DNA from: Candidatus Micrarchaeota archaeon
Lineage (GTDB): Archaea; Micrarchaeota; Micrarchaeia; Anstonellales; Bilamarchaeaceae
NCBI GenBank assembly: GCA_040757035.1
Contig: JBFLYM010000003.1
Span: 1,079 to 65,078, forward strand
DNA length: 64,000 nt
Reading direction: 5' to 3'
Below are positions 10,676 through 22,993 of the stretch, piece after piece (positions within the stretch are counted from its first letter, which is position 1; each line of letters starts with the position of its first letter). The notes below the pieces were generated by a model that was given only the letters and a program-made list of their open reading frames with translations, was not told the origin of the DNA and did no database searches. A program made the position numbers and the translations under genes.

Positions 10676-10745
10676 AAATTGTCAACCATTAATCGTTTTA
10701 TTTATGTTGTTCTTTATTAAGGCTTTTTATGGCTAATTGCGAGCA

Positions 10746-12119
10746 TCATTCATTTTTGTTCCGTTCTATCCTGCTTATTAGTACCTGTAATATCGGTGGC
10801 GTAACCAACGTTGTCAATAATGCCATTGCTGCTATCATTGAATATTCTGATACATCGAGTATTTTTGTTGTCAAACCAATAGAAGCGACAATTAGCGCGA
10901 CTTCCCCCCTTGGAGCCATGCCAAAACCAACTATTGCGGCTTCTAAAAATTTCAATTTTGCCATAAATGCAGCGCCGCAGCAACCAACAAACTTTGTTAA
11001 GATTGCTAAAACTGAAAGTATCAATATTGGTACGAAAAAGTTTACTAAAGAACTCACATCCATAAACGTACCTAATGAAATGAAAAATATCGGCATAAAT
11101 AACATTTCTAAACCGAACGTTTTCTCTTCAATTTCAGCGCGATGCTTGCTTCTATTTAATATAATTCCGGCCATAAATGCTCCGACAATGGCGGATAGTT
11201 TTACGAATTCTGCGAAATAAGCATAAAATAATACAAATGCAAGGATGAGCATGAAATGTTTTGGATTCATCTCTTCTTGATCAAGATATCTCAAAAAGTA
11301 GTTTCCAGCTAATACGCTACCAACAAGAAACACTGCTGCAGTGATCAGTGTAAGGAGCAATGATATACCAATTGATTCTACTCCTCCTCCACTAGTATTT
11401 GTAATATTTATGACAAAGGATAACACAAGCAGGCCCAAAATATCATCCAAAATTGCTGCTCCGATTATTATTTCTGCAAATCTTTCATTAAGTAGCTTAG
11501 CTTCTTTCAAAATAGCCACAGTTACACCAACGGATGTTGCGGTCAAAGCAGCAGCTACAAACATTGAATATGCAAAGCTTCCATCTGTGTGACTGGCATA
11601 TAAATAGCCTACTATAAACGGCAGAATTATACCTGCTACTGCAACTACTAAACTATCAAATGCAAAAATGCGTTCTAGTTTGTTGTGCATACCGACCTTA
11701 AATAGTAAAATAACGGCTCCCAATTGTGCAAAAACACTTAGTATTGTTTCCAGTTGTAGGATATTTGGTGGATTTGTTGGAAGCTGAATTGGAAGATTTA
11801 GTGATTGCAAAAATCCCCAAGAAAGATGGAGGAAACTAGGGCTCATGAAAAGCCCCAGAATCATTAAGATCATGACTGAGGGTTGTTTTGTATATGCGAC
11901 AACTAATTCTCCTGCTATAGCTAACAATAAAAGGAAAACAATCTCAAAATAGATGTGTTTGTTTCCTTCAACTTCTCCAAAAAGGCTTGTTCTGATAACT
12001 GAAATTATTAATAAAATAAAAATTCCAAGCATCAGTAATCCTATCAATGGTGTTGCTTTCTCTATCGTTTTTTTTAGCATATAAATGCCTTTGATGGAAA
12101 ATAATTTATATTTTTCCAT
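10746..12119 (-). CDS. Monovalent cation:proton antiporter (Na+/H+ exchanger, CPA family)
   Basis: About 12 TM helices with Na_H_Exchanger-like segments (…AGELVVAYTKQPSVMILMILGLFMSPS…). Confidence 0.7.
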   Translation of the reverse strand: MEKYKLFSIKGIYMLKKTIEKATPLIGLLMLGIFILLIISVIRTSLFGEVEGNKHIYFEIVFLLLLAIAGELVVAYTKQPSVMILMILGLFMSPSFLHLSWGFLQSLNLPIQLPTNPPNILQLETILSVFAQLGAVILLFKVGMHNKLERIFAFDSLVVAVAGIILPFIVGYLYASHTDGSFAYSMFVAAALTATSVGVTVAILKEAKLLNERFAEIIIGAAILDDILGLLVLSFVINITNTSGGGVESIGISLLLTLITAAVFLVGSVLAGNYFLRYLDQEEMNPKHFMLILAFVLFYAYFAEFVKLSAIVGAFMAGIILNRSKHRAEIEEKTFGLEMLFMPIFFISLGTFMDVSSLVNFFVPILILSVLAILTKFVGCCGAAFMAKLKFLEAAIVGFGMAPRGEVALIVASIGLTTKILDVSEYSMIAAMALLTTLVTPPILQVLISRIERNKNE

Positions 12120-12181
12120 CAGTGCATGTTGTTCGCAATCTAATTAATAGCTTTAATAATGTTATTACGTTAATGTTTTAC

Positions 12182-12409
12182 ATGAAAACTGCAAACATTA
12201 ATGCTCGTATAGAAGATTGGATATATTCAAAGGCCAAAGAGATGAATATAAACATCTCAGAAATAGTAAGGGACGCACTTATAAGTGAGCTCGAAAGGAG
12301 GCGCGCTGAAGCGATCATGAAGGAATTGGATATTGCCTCTGCCGCTGCCAAAAAAATCGGAAAGCGAATGTTAGTAAAAAGCATACGACATGCTAGGGAT
12401 AAACGATGA
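12182..12409 (+). CDS. Ribbon-helix-helix (CopG/VapB-like) antitoxin-type DNA-binding protein
   Basis: MKTANINARIEDWIYSKAKEMNINISEIVRDALISELERRR is an RHH fold pattern. Its stop overlaps (ATGA) the start of a PIN-like remnant. Confidence 0.55.
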   Translation: MKTANINARIEDWIYSKAKEMNINISEIVRDALISELERRRAEAIMKELDIASAAAKKIGKRMLVKSIRHARDKR

Positions 12410-12606
12410 AGATATACGATGCTTCTGCCCTTTTCGAAGCAGTTGCCAAAAAGGAAATAGATTTGTTTAGTTTTAACTTTACAAAAATTTTTAAAACTTC
12501 AGTTAGTCGCCATAGCGAGCACTTATCAGCATTTCGGCAGATTTTTAAGCGTTTACTTGGTATTTATATTAATTATCATTCTACGAGAGTATATTTTGAG
12601 TTTTGA
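12406..12606 (+). pseudogene. Truncated or frameshifted PIN-domain (VapC-like) toxin remnant
   Basis: N-terminus MKIYDASALFEAV… is the canonical start of a PIN domain (first acidic residue). The ORF is only 66 aa and loses PIN similarity after about 25 residues. Confidence 0.45.
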
Positions 12607-12632
12607 AATAAGTTAAGTACAAGCTTTTATGG

Positions 12633-12917
12633 GTGAAAAAAATGGTCTGTTATATTTTATCTGTTATATGCGCGGTTTTTGTATATGCAATAAGAAAACG
12701 CGTTCGCAATCCGGAACTTCGCTCGCTTAATCTTATGCTTTTTGGAGGGGCAATTTTTGGATTTGTGGATCATTTGTGGAACGGCGAACTTTTTGCGAGC
12801 GCTGATATATTTAACGATTTGCTGCTCGGAATAGCGATTGTTTCTTCTATTTTCGGAATTTGGGCTGTTGTTGTTTATACCACCTCGCTAAAAAAACTGA
12901 ACAAAATACCGCTATGA
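12633..12917 (+). CDS. Small membrane protein (2-3 TM), hypothetical
   Basis: Hydrophobic helices. No recognisable family. Confidence 0.4.
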   Translation: MKKMVCYILSVICAVFVYAIRKRVRNPELRSLNLMLFGGAIFGFVDHLWNGELFASADIFNDLLLGIAIVSSIFGIWAVVVYTTSLKKLNKIPL

Positions 12918-12977
12918 GCGCAGCTTCGCAAAAATCAAAATTATAAAAATAGTATTCATATTTTAAGGATAAGATGA

Positions 12978-14912
<1,935 letters not shown>

Positions 14913-15422
14913 TTATGAATATCCAAACATAACACTAGATAACAATAAGAAGAGTATCGATAACAACAAAGATCCTACAACTGCTGAAAGAAGATTTGCG
15001 CAGAACGAAACAATTAACGATTTCTTTAGATTGAGTTTGAAGATGTGAGCAAGCACAAATGCTTCGAGTATGAAAATAGCAAATTCGCAGATAAACGCGA
15101 ATGTTATATCATCTAGTACTCTTATGTTATACTTGATAGACATAAAATGAATCGTCAAAAGCCAGAATAAAGTGACTGAAATTGCATTTATCCCAATACC
15201 AGCAAGCAATATTTTTTGGTTAGATTCCTTTCCACGCAAAAAATACCAGTAAACCGGAGTTTCAAGTATGATCGCAAAAAGTATGGAAAAAACAAAAACT
15301 AGTAGAGGTTTTATGAAAACTTCCGCACCTACATCCATTGGATCAGCATAAATTAGATGAATGGCAAACAAAAAAGTAAAAAATACTAGCACTACGTTTT
15401 TCATTTTCTTCTCCCCGTCCAT
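14913..15422 (-). CDS. Polytopic membrane protein, hypothetical
   Basis: Four to five TM helices. It is convergent with gyrB with zero spacing. Confidence 0.4.
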   Translation of the reverse strand: MDGEKKMKNVVLVFFTFLFAIHLIYADPMDVGAEVFIKPLLVFVFSILFAIILETPVYWYFLRGKESNQKILLAGIGINAISVTLFWLLTIHFMSIKYNIRVLDDITFAFICEFAIFILEAFVLAHIFKLNLKKSLIVSFCANLLSAVVGSLLLSILFLLLSSVMFGYS

Positions 15423-15434
15423 GTTTATAATCTT

Positions 15435-17366
15435 TTAGTTGAGCTCAATATATTTTATATCATCCAAATTTTTCATTCTGCTGAATTTCAGCATGCTATT
15501 GGATATTGTATAAATTACGTCTTCAATATAACCGCTTCTTAATATTGCGTAATCAGAATCGCCCCAATAATACCCACTTTTCAAAAACTCATCCGCATTT
15601 TTTACATGCGTTATTCTTCCTTGTAGATTTATTCCTTTTACCGGCGAAATCTCTAATACGTATGCCCCTTGCCACACATAGTCTCCATGTATATATGCAG
15701 GCGGTTTTCCCTCGTATTTCTCTTCATCTATCTCTGCAAGCAAAACAGGGAGAATCATTATTCCTTTCTCCTTACTGAAAAGAAATGCCTTGTGATCTCT
15801 TAACACTTCGCTGTCCGTTCCTCTATCCCCAATATTATATTTTGCAATTTCCTTCGGTTTCTCAACATTACTTACATCAAAAAGAGCAATCTTTATTCCT
15901 TGATACCATACAAAATCACCTTGTTCAGCTTCTACTGTTTCCTTTCCTATTCCGATAAGATGATTTTCATCATATGGATGAAGGTAATCCGAATATCCAG
16001 GTATTTTTAGCTTTCCAAGCACTTTTGGCTCTTTTGGATTTTCAAGGCTTATTACAAAAAGAGGATCAATTTTCTTGAATGTAACAAGATACGCTTTGTT
16101 TCCAATAAACCTTGCAGAATGTATTCGTTCTTTCGGTGCAAGATTTTCAATCTTTCCCACTATTTCCATTTTTTCGTTCAATACATAAATATTATTTGTT
16201 TCGTCTTGCCATCTCCCCCATCTCCCACTTGTTGTCGCAACTCTAAAATAGCCATTGTATTCATCCATGGAAAACTGATTTAGCACCCTGCCCGGAACTC
16301 TTCCGATTGCGCCAGGCTTTATTTCTCCATCTTTTATGCCAACTTTTGCGATTTCAGTGTCACTGCCCATTGTGTTTGTAAGATATATGTTCTTCTGTGA
16401 AACAAAAAGATCCTGAGGCGAGCCAATCAAAAACACCTTGCTTTTTTGCGTATGATTTTTCAGATCAATAGCCACAACTTGGGCAAAGGCGCTAATTTGT
16501 TTTGTTTTGTCAAAATAATACATATCCGGAAATTCGGATCCAAAATCTCCAAAATTCAGGGTTTGGAGATTTTCACCCTTCTCATTAGTATAATAATAGT
16601 ATCTAAGCGGTTGTGTTACTATAAGATATATATAATCCTCGATCATTCTTGCGTCAAAATAATAGCCATGATAAGTAAACATATCCGTGAGTTTTGGATT
16701 TTCTCTATTTGAGATATTATAAATTTCTACTATTGTATTTGCGCCATAGAATGGTGGTGTGCATCTGTAATTTTCTGCACATTTAAAATCGGTCATATAG
16801 TTAATACTTTCAAACAACACTAACATATTTTTATTTATAAATATTTCTTCTGCGGTAGTATTCAATGTTGCAACAATTTTCGCATCTTCGGCAGGATACG
16901 CCTTTACAATATGGACTTTTCCTTTTGTAATTATATAGAGATATTCACCATCGCTTTTTACAATGTCTGGTTCGTCAACACCTATCACTTGAATGTTTGT
17001 TGTAGAATAATCAAAACCAGGAGTAGTAGGAGTAGAAAATGCATCAGCTTTCCCCATCACCCTTTTTCCTGCCGTTATATAAAATTCGGGTGATCCTGTT
17101 TCAGACCCTTTGGTTTTTAGAAGTTGTTCTAATTCAGCCGGCGAGGAAATTTTCTTTAGTCCTGTTGTAGTATTACTTAAGTTCACTTGTTCTACGTGTG
17201 TCTGATTATTTGGAAGATTAGGAAGTTGTTCGCCTAAACAGCCGATCAACAGACAGCTAAGTAAAAGGACAGAACACAAAATCTTAAAAATTACTCGCAT
17301 AAGCAAATTTGTAATAAAGCTCTTTTTATATGTTCCTATTTTGTTTGGTATAGTAAACCAATACAC
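15435..17366 (-). CDS. Secreted/anchored beta-propeller-domain protein (archaeal Beta_propel-like)
   Basis: N-terminal hydrophobic signal/anchor with LLIGCLG, a lipobox-like motif. Long beta-rich region resembling the secreted archaeal beta-propeller family. Confidence 0.45.
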   Translation of the reverse strand: MYWFTIPNKIGTYKKSFITNLLMRVIFKILCSVLLLSCLLIGCLGEQLPNLPNNQTHVEQVNLSNTTTGLKKISSPAELEQLLKTKGSETGSPEFYITAGKRVMGKADAFSTPTTPGFDYSTTNIQVIGVDEPDIVKSDGEYLYIITKGKVHIVKAYPAEDAKIVATLNTTAEEIFINKNMLVLFESINYMTDFKCAENYRCTPPFYGANTIVEIYNISNRENPKLTDMFTYHGYYFDARMIEDYIYLIVTQPLRYYYYTNEKGENLQTLNFGDFGSEFPDMYYFDKTKQISAFAQVVAIDLKNHTQKSKVFLIGSPQDLFVSQKNIYLTNTMGSDTEIAKVGIKDGEIKPGAIGRVPGRVLNQFSMDEYNGYFRVATTSGRWGRWQDETNNIYVLNEKMEIVGKIENLAPKERIHSARFIGNKAYLVTFKKIDPLFVISLENPKEPKVLGKLKIPGYSDYLHPYDENHLIGIGKETVEAEQGDFVWYQGIKIALFDVSNVEKPKEIAKYNIGDRGTDSEVLRDHKAFLFSKEKGIMILPVLLAEIDEEKYEGKPPAYIHGDYVWQGAYVLEISPVKGINLQGRITHVKNADEFLKSGYYWGDSDYAILRSGYIEDVIYTISNSMLKFSRMKNLDDIKYIELN

Positions 17367-17430
17367 AATAATTCTTCAGTATCTAATCTTTGATCCGAAT
17401 TACCTTGCTGGTTTGCTATAAAAATTTAAA

Positions 17431-18378
17431 TCAACCCACCCATCCTAACAATTTTGAAATTCCAAGAAAGATAAAATTACATAGTGCAATTATTGGAAGC
17501 GCAGACAATACAGTTTTCTCCTTTGCGATCAATATGAAAAGCACAAACAATGAAAAAACCGATGCGCTAAATGTTATTATTGAATACATTAAATTGATTT
17601 GATATCCGGAAACTCCTAAAATTATTGGCACAATAATGTCTCCTGTTCCGAGTTCAAATCGTATTTCGCCCCGCGTGCTTTGTTGAACCGAAGATATAAG
17701 AAAAGCCGTTTCTCTTTTTGATAACACCATTGCCATTTTTACCATATGTTTGGTTTTGAACACAGCAATATAGTCATAAATTGAGAGCAATACAAGAAAT
17801 AGTAAAGCTTGATGAAAATTGAATGAAAGCCCGAAAACTGCGCCAGCTCCAGCTGCTGAAATAACAGCTGCGGTATTTTTAAGTTGCGGAAACGCAATTT
17901 TTGAAAATCCGAAACAAAGACCAAGAGCGATTGCAATTACCATTGCGTTAAATTCCAGAAACATCGGCCTTAAGAAAGAATAAAATACAACTGATGAAGA
18001 GAATGAAATTATCGCAAACTCTAAAAGGATAAAAAGCAATTCGCCGCGATAAAATTTTATTATTAAATACATTATAAGCGTTCCAAGTAACACATAAAAG
18101 AAAATGTAAAAAGTGCTGAATTCGTTTGACACTGAAACAATTTGCATATTTTTTACGATTTCATTATGTTTCGCATCTTGGATTATGAAGTTACCTGTGT
18201 GAAGTCCGAGGATTTGTGCTGCAATAAATAACAAAATGATGTGGGCAAAAATTAGAACAATTTTGTATTTTTCATTTTTTTTATCAAGTTTTTTATCAAG
18301 CTTTTTATCCTTATCAAATATTTCATTTTTATTAAGCGTTGTGGTATTTTCCGTGCGCCGGTTTGTACACCTGTCCAT
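17431..18378 (-). CDS. Presenilin/signal-peptide-peptidase-like intramembrane aspartyl protease (GxGD family; DUF63-like)
   Basis: YD motif (…SIYDYIAVF…) and LGTGD (GxGD) motif in TM helices, plus a downstream …ALP… motif. The annotated 5' end overlaps the 3' end of mcm by 47 nt. Confidence 0.55.
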   Translation of the reverse strand: MDRCTNRRTENTTTLNKNEIFDKDKKLDKKLDKKNEKYKIVLIFAHIILLFIAAQILGLHTGNFIIQDAKHNEIVKNMQIVSVSNEFSTFYIFFYVLLGTLIMYLIIKFYRGELLFILLEFAIISFSSSVVFYSFLRPMFLEFNAMVIAIALGLCFGFSKIAFPQLKNTAAVISAAGAGAVFGLSFNFHQALLFLVLLSIYDYIAVFKTKHMVKMAMVLSKRETAFLISSVQQSTRGEIRFELGTGDIIVPIILGVSGYQINLMYSIITFSASVFSLFVLFILIAKEKTVLSALPIIALCNFIFLGISKLLGWVG

Positions 18379-20368
18379 TCCTCACCAACTCTGAAAGTAT
18401 TCTCATCACTAGCTGCTCCTCTATGTTATAGTTTTTTGCTTCGTTTATTATCTGATTCTCTTCTGCAACATCAAATTTTTTGCACAGTTCCTTTATTATT
18501 TCAAAAACTATTTCGCTCCTCTCGAGCTGGCTTTTTGTTTTTCCAGTTTCAATTATGCTAACATCAGCAAGCCCGGTTTCTTTATCTGTCATCACCTTTT
18601 CCATGACATAATTCATTAGATTAATCGCAACCTCTGCATCTAAAGATTCAACATTTTGGCTTAGTCTCATTTTCGCGTTCGCTTCAGATAATCTAATAAG
18701 CCCTTCAAGATAACGCGGAGTGATAGGTACAGTCCCCGAATTCCTTCCCCTTCCCCTTAAATCAAGATAGTATTCCTTTAATTTATCCATTGCCTCTCTT
18801 GTAAGTTTTGGGAAAACGTGCCTTCGCGAATACGAAATATATTTGCGCAAAAATTCTTTATCTACTAATTCTACATCAGGTGTTTTTTCGGCTTCGCTCA
18901 GCGACGCTTGTTGGTGCGCACTTAAGATATACTCCGCCAATTTTGTATCTTTTTCAACATCTAATATATCCAAAATTGGAAATATCAAATCAAAACGCGA
19001 CATTAGCGAAGGCGGAATGTCAAATTGTTCAACCAAATTTTTGTTTTGATTAAATCTTCCGAATTTAGGATTGGCGGCAGCGAGAATTGCTGTTTTGGTT
19101 TTAAATGTAGCGACAAGACCTGCTTTTGCGATACTTACTGTTTGGCTTTCCATTACTTCATGTAATGCCGCCCTATCTTCATCTTCTATTTTATCAAATT
19201 CATCTATTGCCGCGAGTCCTCCGCTTGCAAGAACAAGAGCTCCGGCTTTGAGCGTCCAACCGCCTCCGCTTAATTCGTCTTTTTCAACTGCGACAGTAAG
19301 TCCCACCCCAGAAACCGATTTGCCGCTCACATAAATTTTTTTTGGTGCGATATCCATTACGCTCTGCAAAAATCTGGATTTGGCTATTCCTGGATCACCA
19401 ATCAATATTATATGTATGTCGTCTCTTATTGGCAGTCCTTTAGTTGTTTTTCCTTTTGTTCCACCAAACATTTGAAGCGCGATCGCGTATTTGACTTCGC
19501 TATGTCCGTAAATTGAAGGCGCAATAGATTCGGTTATTTTTTTTACAAGCTGCGCGTCCTTGGAAAAATCACTTATTCTTTTTTCGTCTTCCTTTGAAAT
19601 TTCTATTTCTTCAAAATCCCTGCGCAAATTTCTGATTGAATTAACCTCTAAGTATCTTCCATAAATCATCTCTTGTTTTCCTTTCTGCGCAATTGGCGGT
19701 TTTAATCTCAAAATGCCTGCTATTTCAACATTGTCTCCTGGTACAAGAGAATTTACGATATCATCTTCTATCCAAAGCTCTATTTTTGCTGCTGGTGTTC
19801 CACCTCGCACGCGTTCAAGCAATTCTTGCGTTTCTGCTTTTTGCAAATCTACAAATTTGCTTTCTTCATCTATTTGCTTGAGGGCTATTCTTTTGCATGA
19901 TTCGCACCTCTTAAGTGGGACAAAATTTCTTTCAACAATTATCTTATAAATTGAGTCGCATACTTGACATTTATAAACCGCGATCTGCATTTTGTGCATT
20001 ACGTCTGCGCGCCTATTCACCACGCCCTTTACCGAAATTAATTCACCAAGATTTTTTGAACTTATATTTTCTATAAGCAAATTGCGGTCAGGAACGTTGA
20101 AGAAGCGTATATTTGGCGAGAAAACTCCATGACCTGGCACAATTCTGTTCAATCTTTTTATCGCTTCATTTGCAGCGGCTATTACTTCATCCGGTTTTTC
20201 TATCAATCTATTTGTTATATCCGGATCATACTTATCCAAATCGTGGTAATCCACATTAAGGCTTTTTTTTGCAGGATAGTGCGCAATTAGTTCGTTTATT
20301 TTTAGAGAATAAACTGAATCAAAAAAATCATACAATGCTTCTACAAGAGAAGATAAATCTTCGTCCAT
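18332..20368 (-). CDS. mcm: MCM replicative helicase
   Basis: Zinc-finger cysteines (CQVCDS…CESCKR), Walker A …ILIGDPGIAKSRFLQ… and arginine-finger/sensor-2 regions. Confidence 0.9.
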   Translation of the reverse strand: MDEDLSSLVEALYDFFDSVYSLKINELIAHYPAKKSLNVDYHDLDKYDPDITNRLIEKPDEVIAAANEAIKRLNRIVPGHGVFSPNIRFFNVPDRNLLIENISSKNLGELISVKGVVNRRADVMHKMQIAVYKCQVCDSIYKIIVERNFVPLKRCESCKRIALKQIDEESKFVDLQKAETQELLERVRGGTPAAKIELWIEDDIVNSLVPGDNVEIAGILRLKPPIAQKGKQEMIYGRYLEVNSIRNLRRDFEEIEISKEDEKRISDFSKDAQLVKKITESIAPSIYGHSEVKYAIALQMFGGTKGKTTKGLPIRDDIHIILIGDPGIAKSRFLQSVMDIAPKKIYVSGKSVSGVGLTVAVEKDELSGGGWTLKAGALVLASGGLAAIDEFDKIEDEDRAALHEVMESQTVSIAKAGLVATFKTKTAILAAANPKFGRFNQNKNLVEQFDIPPSLMSRFDLIFPILDILDVEKDTKLAEYILSAHQQASLSEAEKTPDVELVDKEFLRKYISYSRRHVFPKLTREAMDKLKEYYLDLRGRGRNSGTVPITPRYLEGLIRLSEANAKMRLSQNVESLDAEVAINLMNYVMEKVMTDKETGLADVSIIETGKTKSQLERSEIVFEIIKELCKKFDVAEENQIINEAKNYNIEEQLVMRILSELVRNGQVYKPAHGKYHNA

Positions 20369-20400
20369 ATTAATCTTTTTGTAAAGTTTTTATCAAGCTA

Positions 20401-21459
20401 TCAAGCTGTTTTGCCATATATCGAATGCATTATTTTGGCCTGCGATTCCAAAGCGTTTTTTATGTATGCCGACATTTCTTCTTCTTTTGCTGTTAGCGTT
20501 CTTTTTTTTATTATATTTTCTATTATCATATCTTCTATTTCATTTGTTTTGCTGCTACCGATAAGCGCTGAGAGTTTTTTTATTTCAGATTTATATAGTA
20601 ACATATCCGAAAATGCTTCATCGGTATTTGTTTTCATAGTTTTCATAGAATTGTAATAAATTTGTATTATACTTCGTACGGTATCCATTGTAATAGCATA
20701 CGTAATTGTTTCTGCCATTCTTAAATTGTTATATATAACAGAATCAAAATTGGTTTTGTAGCCATGCGAATATGCAAATTTGCGAACTGAATTTATATCT
20801 GACATCTCTGCGACTTTACATGCGTTGTTGATGTTTCCTTTTTTAGATTCTGACGATACTATATCTATTTTGAGTTTATACAGATTTAATTGTTCGTTTA
20901 CCTTACTTATAAAAGCATGTATAAACATTTTTTTATCTGGATGTTGTTTTAGATAATCATTTATTATATCCCATGACGCATCAAGCGTTTCTGCGTTAAC
21001 TATTTTCTGCGCAGTTTTATCATCAACACCCATCTCAATAAGTGCGTTACATGATATTTCTTTAACTTTTTTTAGCAAGATTCCTTTTGTAAATTTGCAA
21101 AGCTCACCTTTTCCTTTTTCTTTGAGTAAGCATGCTGCCTCTTTTGCAACGTCACCACTCATTAGATTATGAGTTATCTTTTCTAGTTCTTTTGCTATTT
21201 CATCAATTGTTTTATCTTTATAATTAGATAATATCTCAGATTTTTCGAATGTTCGATCAAAGATTGAATTATAAATAAGAGAAATTGGTTTGCACAAAAT
21301 GAAAGAAACTGGTTTAAATATCAGATGTATCGGTATACGTAATATTTTTATTATTTTTTCGTCATCAGTCTTTGGTGTAGTTTCATCTTTTTTCTTTTCT
21401 TTTTGTTCTTTTTCTGGTTCTTTTGTAAGAACCGTTTGCCCTAAAATCATTCTTACCAC
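20401..21459 (-). CDS. Hypothetical protein with a Lys/Glu-rich N-terminus
   Basis: Long ORF with no recognisable domain. Confidence 0.4.
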   Translation of the reverse strand: MVRMILGQTVLTKEPEKEQKEKKKDETTPKTDDEKIIKILRIPIHLIFKPVSFILCKPISLIYNSIFDRTFEKSEILSNYKDKTIDEIAKELEKITHNLMSGDVAKEAACLLKEKGKGELCKFTKGILLKKVKEISCNALIEMGVDDKTAQKIVNAETLDASWDIINDYLKQHPDKKMFIHAFISKVNEQLNLYKLKIDIVSSESKKGNINNACKVAEMSDINSVRKFAYSHGYKTNFDSVIYNNLRMAETITYAITMDTVRSIIQIYYNSMKTMKTNTDEAFSDMLLYKSEIKKLSALIGSSKTNEIEDMIIENIIKKRTLTAKEEEMSAYIKNALESQAKIMHSIYGKTA

Positions 21460-21871
21460 ATATATACAATTTTGCCACTTATAATAACCAATTAAAGATT
21501 AATTAATCTATGTCCATATCCCTTTCTTTTTAAAATAATGCAAAACATACGATTTATAAACTCTTGTAAAATATAAATTAATCATGGAAAAAAAAGTAGC
21601 AATGCCAATGAGCAGTGCGGGTATTTTTGGGATAGGCTCAAATATGGAGCTTGCCGGTATAAAAATTAGTCCGAAGACAGTGTTTGTAGGCGCGCTTATT
21701 TTCATATTTGTAATAAAAATAGCAGACAAGCTGATTAGATAAATTTTGGTAAATCTAGAATGCTTTTGCGCATCAGTAATGCTTCATCGAAACCTGGTAT
21801 AACTTGACTTTACAAAACGCGCGCGCTTTTACAATGACTTCTGGCCGAAGTCCATGGCTTCCATCAATTTT

Positions 21872-22993
21872 TTAAAGTCCAGTATAATCACGACAGATTT
21901 TTTCTAGTTTTTTTCGTTGCGCAGCTGGAGAAAGCACAAGTATTTTTTTCCGCGATTCCTCGGCTAATTTAAGCGCTTTCACAAGTTCGGATATGCGGCT
22001 TATTTCGTATTTTTTTCCATCATGCATTCTTATTTTAAATCCTGAAGGTTTGAAAAAATTTCGTGCGACATCAATGATAACATCGCATTTTGCCAGTGAA
22101 CAAAGCTCTTTTTCTATTTTTTCAATTTTCGTTTTGTTTAGCTGCTGCTGATTAAGAGAATACGCTTCTTTGTAAAGCTTTCTGTTAAGCAATGCTTTAA
22201 CATAAAATTTCGCATTTTTCCTTTTAGAGAGTAGATTGAGCGCTTCCAAATCGCCGATATTCAAAAATTGTTCTGCTTTAAGTCCGTCAACAAGCGCGTT
22301 TTGTATTGCGCGCTCCAACATTGCCGATGCTATGCGTGCAGTATGGTGCAGATAAACAGTAGAAAACATCATGAAGCGCGCAATCAATAAGCTTTCGCTT
22401 GATTCCAATGCGCCTTCGTAAACTCCAAGTTCGCCGCGTTCAAAATACATTTTATTGATTATGCGCTCTTCATCTATAATCCCATACGCCACGCCTGTAT
22501 AATACGCATCCCGCTTAAGATAGTCCATTCTATCCGCGCCTATATCAGAAGAAATCAATTTCGCGTATGGAGAAGAACCAAAATCCGCTATCTCTCGCTT
22601 ATTAAAATTTTCCGAGATTAAATCGCCTATTTCTCCGCAAACTATCTTCTTCTTGCCGATCTTTTCATGATCGCCAAGTATTTTTTCGGTTATGTGTTCT
22701 GTTTCATGAGAAAACGCGATGTGCCCTAAATCGTGAAGAAGCGCATATAGTCTTATTTTAGATGTTACATCATGCTCAAATCCAAGTTTTTCTGCAATGC
22801 GCGAAGCAAGATGAAGCGTGCCAAGCGAATGTTCAAATCGCGAATGATTCGCACCTGGATAAACCAAATACGCCGTTGCCAACTGTCTTATTCTTCTCAA
22901 GCGTTGAAAATCGCGCGTGTCAATTATACGATTCTCCAATTCGCTTAATTCTATTGTTCCATGCAGTGGATCCTTTATATTCAAACCAAGCAA
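21872..22993 (-). CDS. HD-domain phosphohydrolase (dNTP triphosphohydrolase-like)
   Basis: RFEHSLGT…LLHDLGHIAFSHETEH… HD motif. Confidence 0.65.
   Translation of the reverse strand: MLGLNIKDPLHGTIELSELENRIIDTRDFQRLRRIRQLATAYLVYPGANHSRFEHSLGTLHLASRIAEKLGFEHDVTSKIRLYALLHDLGHIAFSHETEHITEKILGDHEKIGKKKIVCGEIGDLISENFNKREIADFGSSPYAKLISSDIGADRMDYLKRDAYYTGVAYGIIDEERIINKMYFERGELGVYEGALESSESLLIARFMMFSTVYLHHTARIASAMLERAIQNALVDGLKAEQFLNIGDLEALNLLSKRKNAKFYVKALLNRKLYKEAYSLNQQQLNKTKIEKIEKELCSLAKCDVIIDVARNFFKPSGFKIRMHDGKKYEISRISELVKALKLAEESRKKILVLSPAAQRKKLEKICRDYTGL

Noticed and set aside
10729-11220. 163-aa plus-strand ORF
   Set aside because: Lies entirely antisense within the Na+/H+ antiporter gene and has no recognisable features. 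Shadow ORF.
21730-21871. Intergenic GC-rich patch as a possible tRNA
   Set aside because: The GC content comes from a (CG)4 tract. No tRNA arms. Reported only as a sequence oddity.
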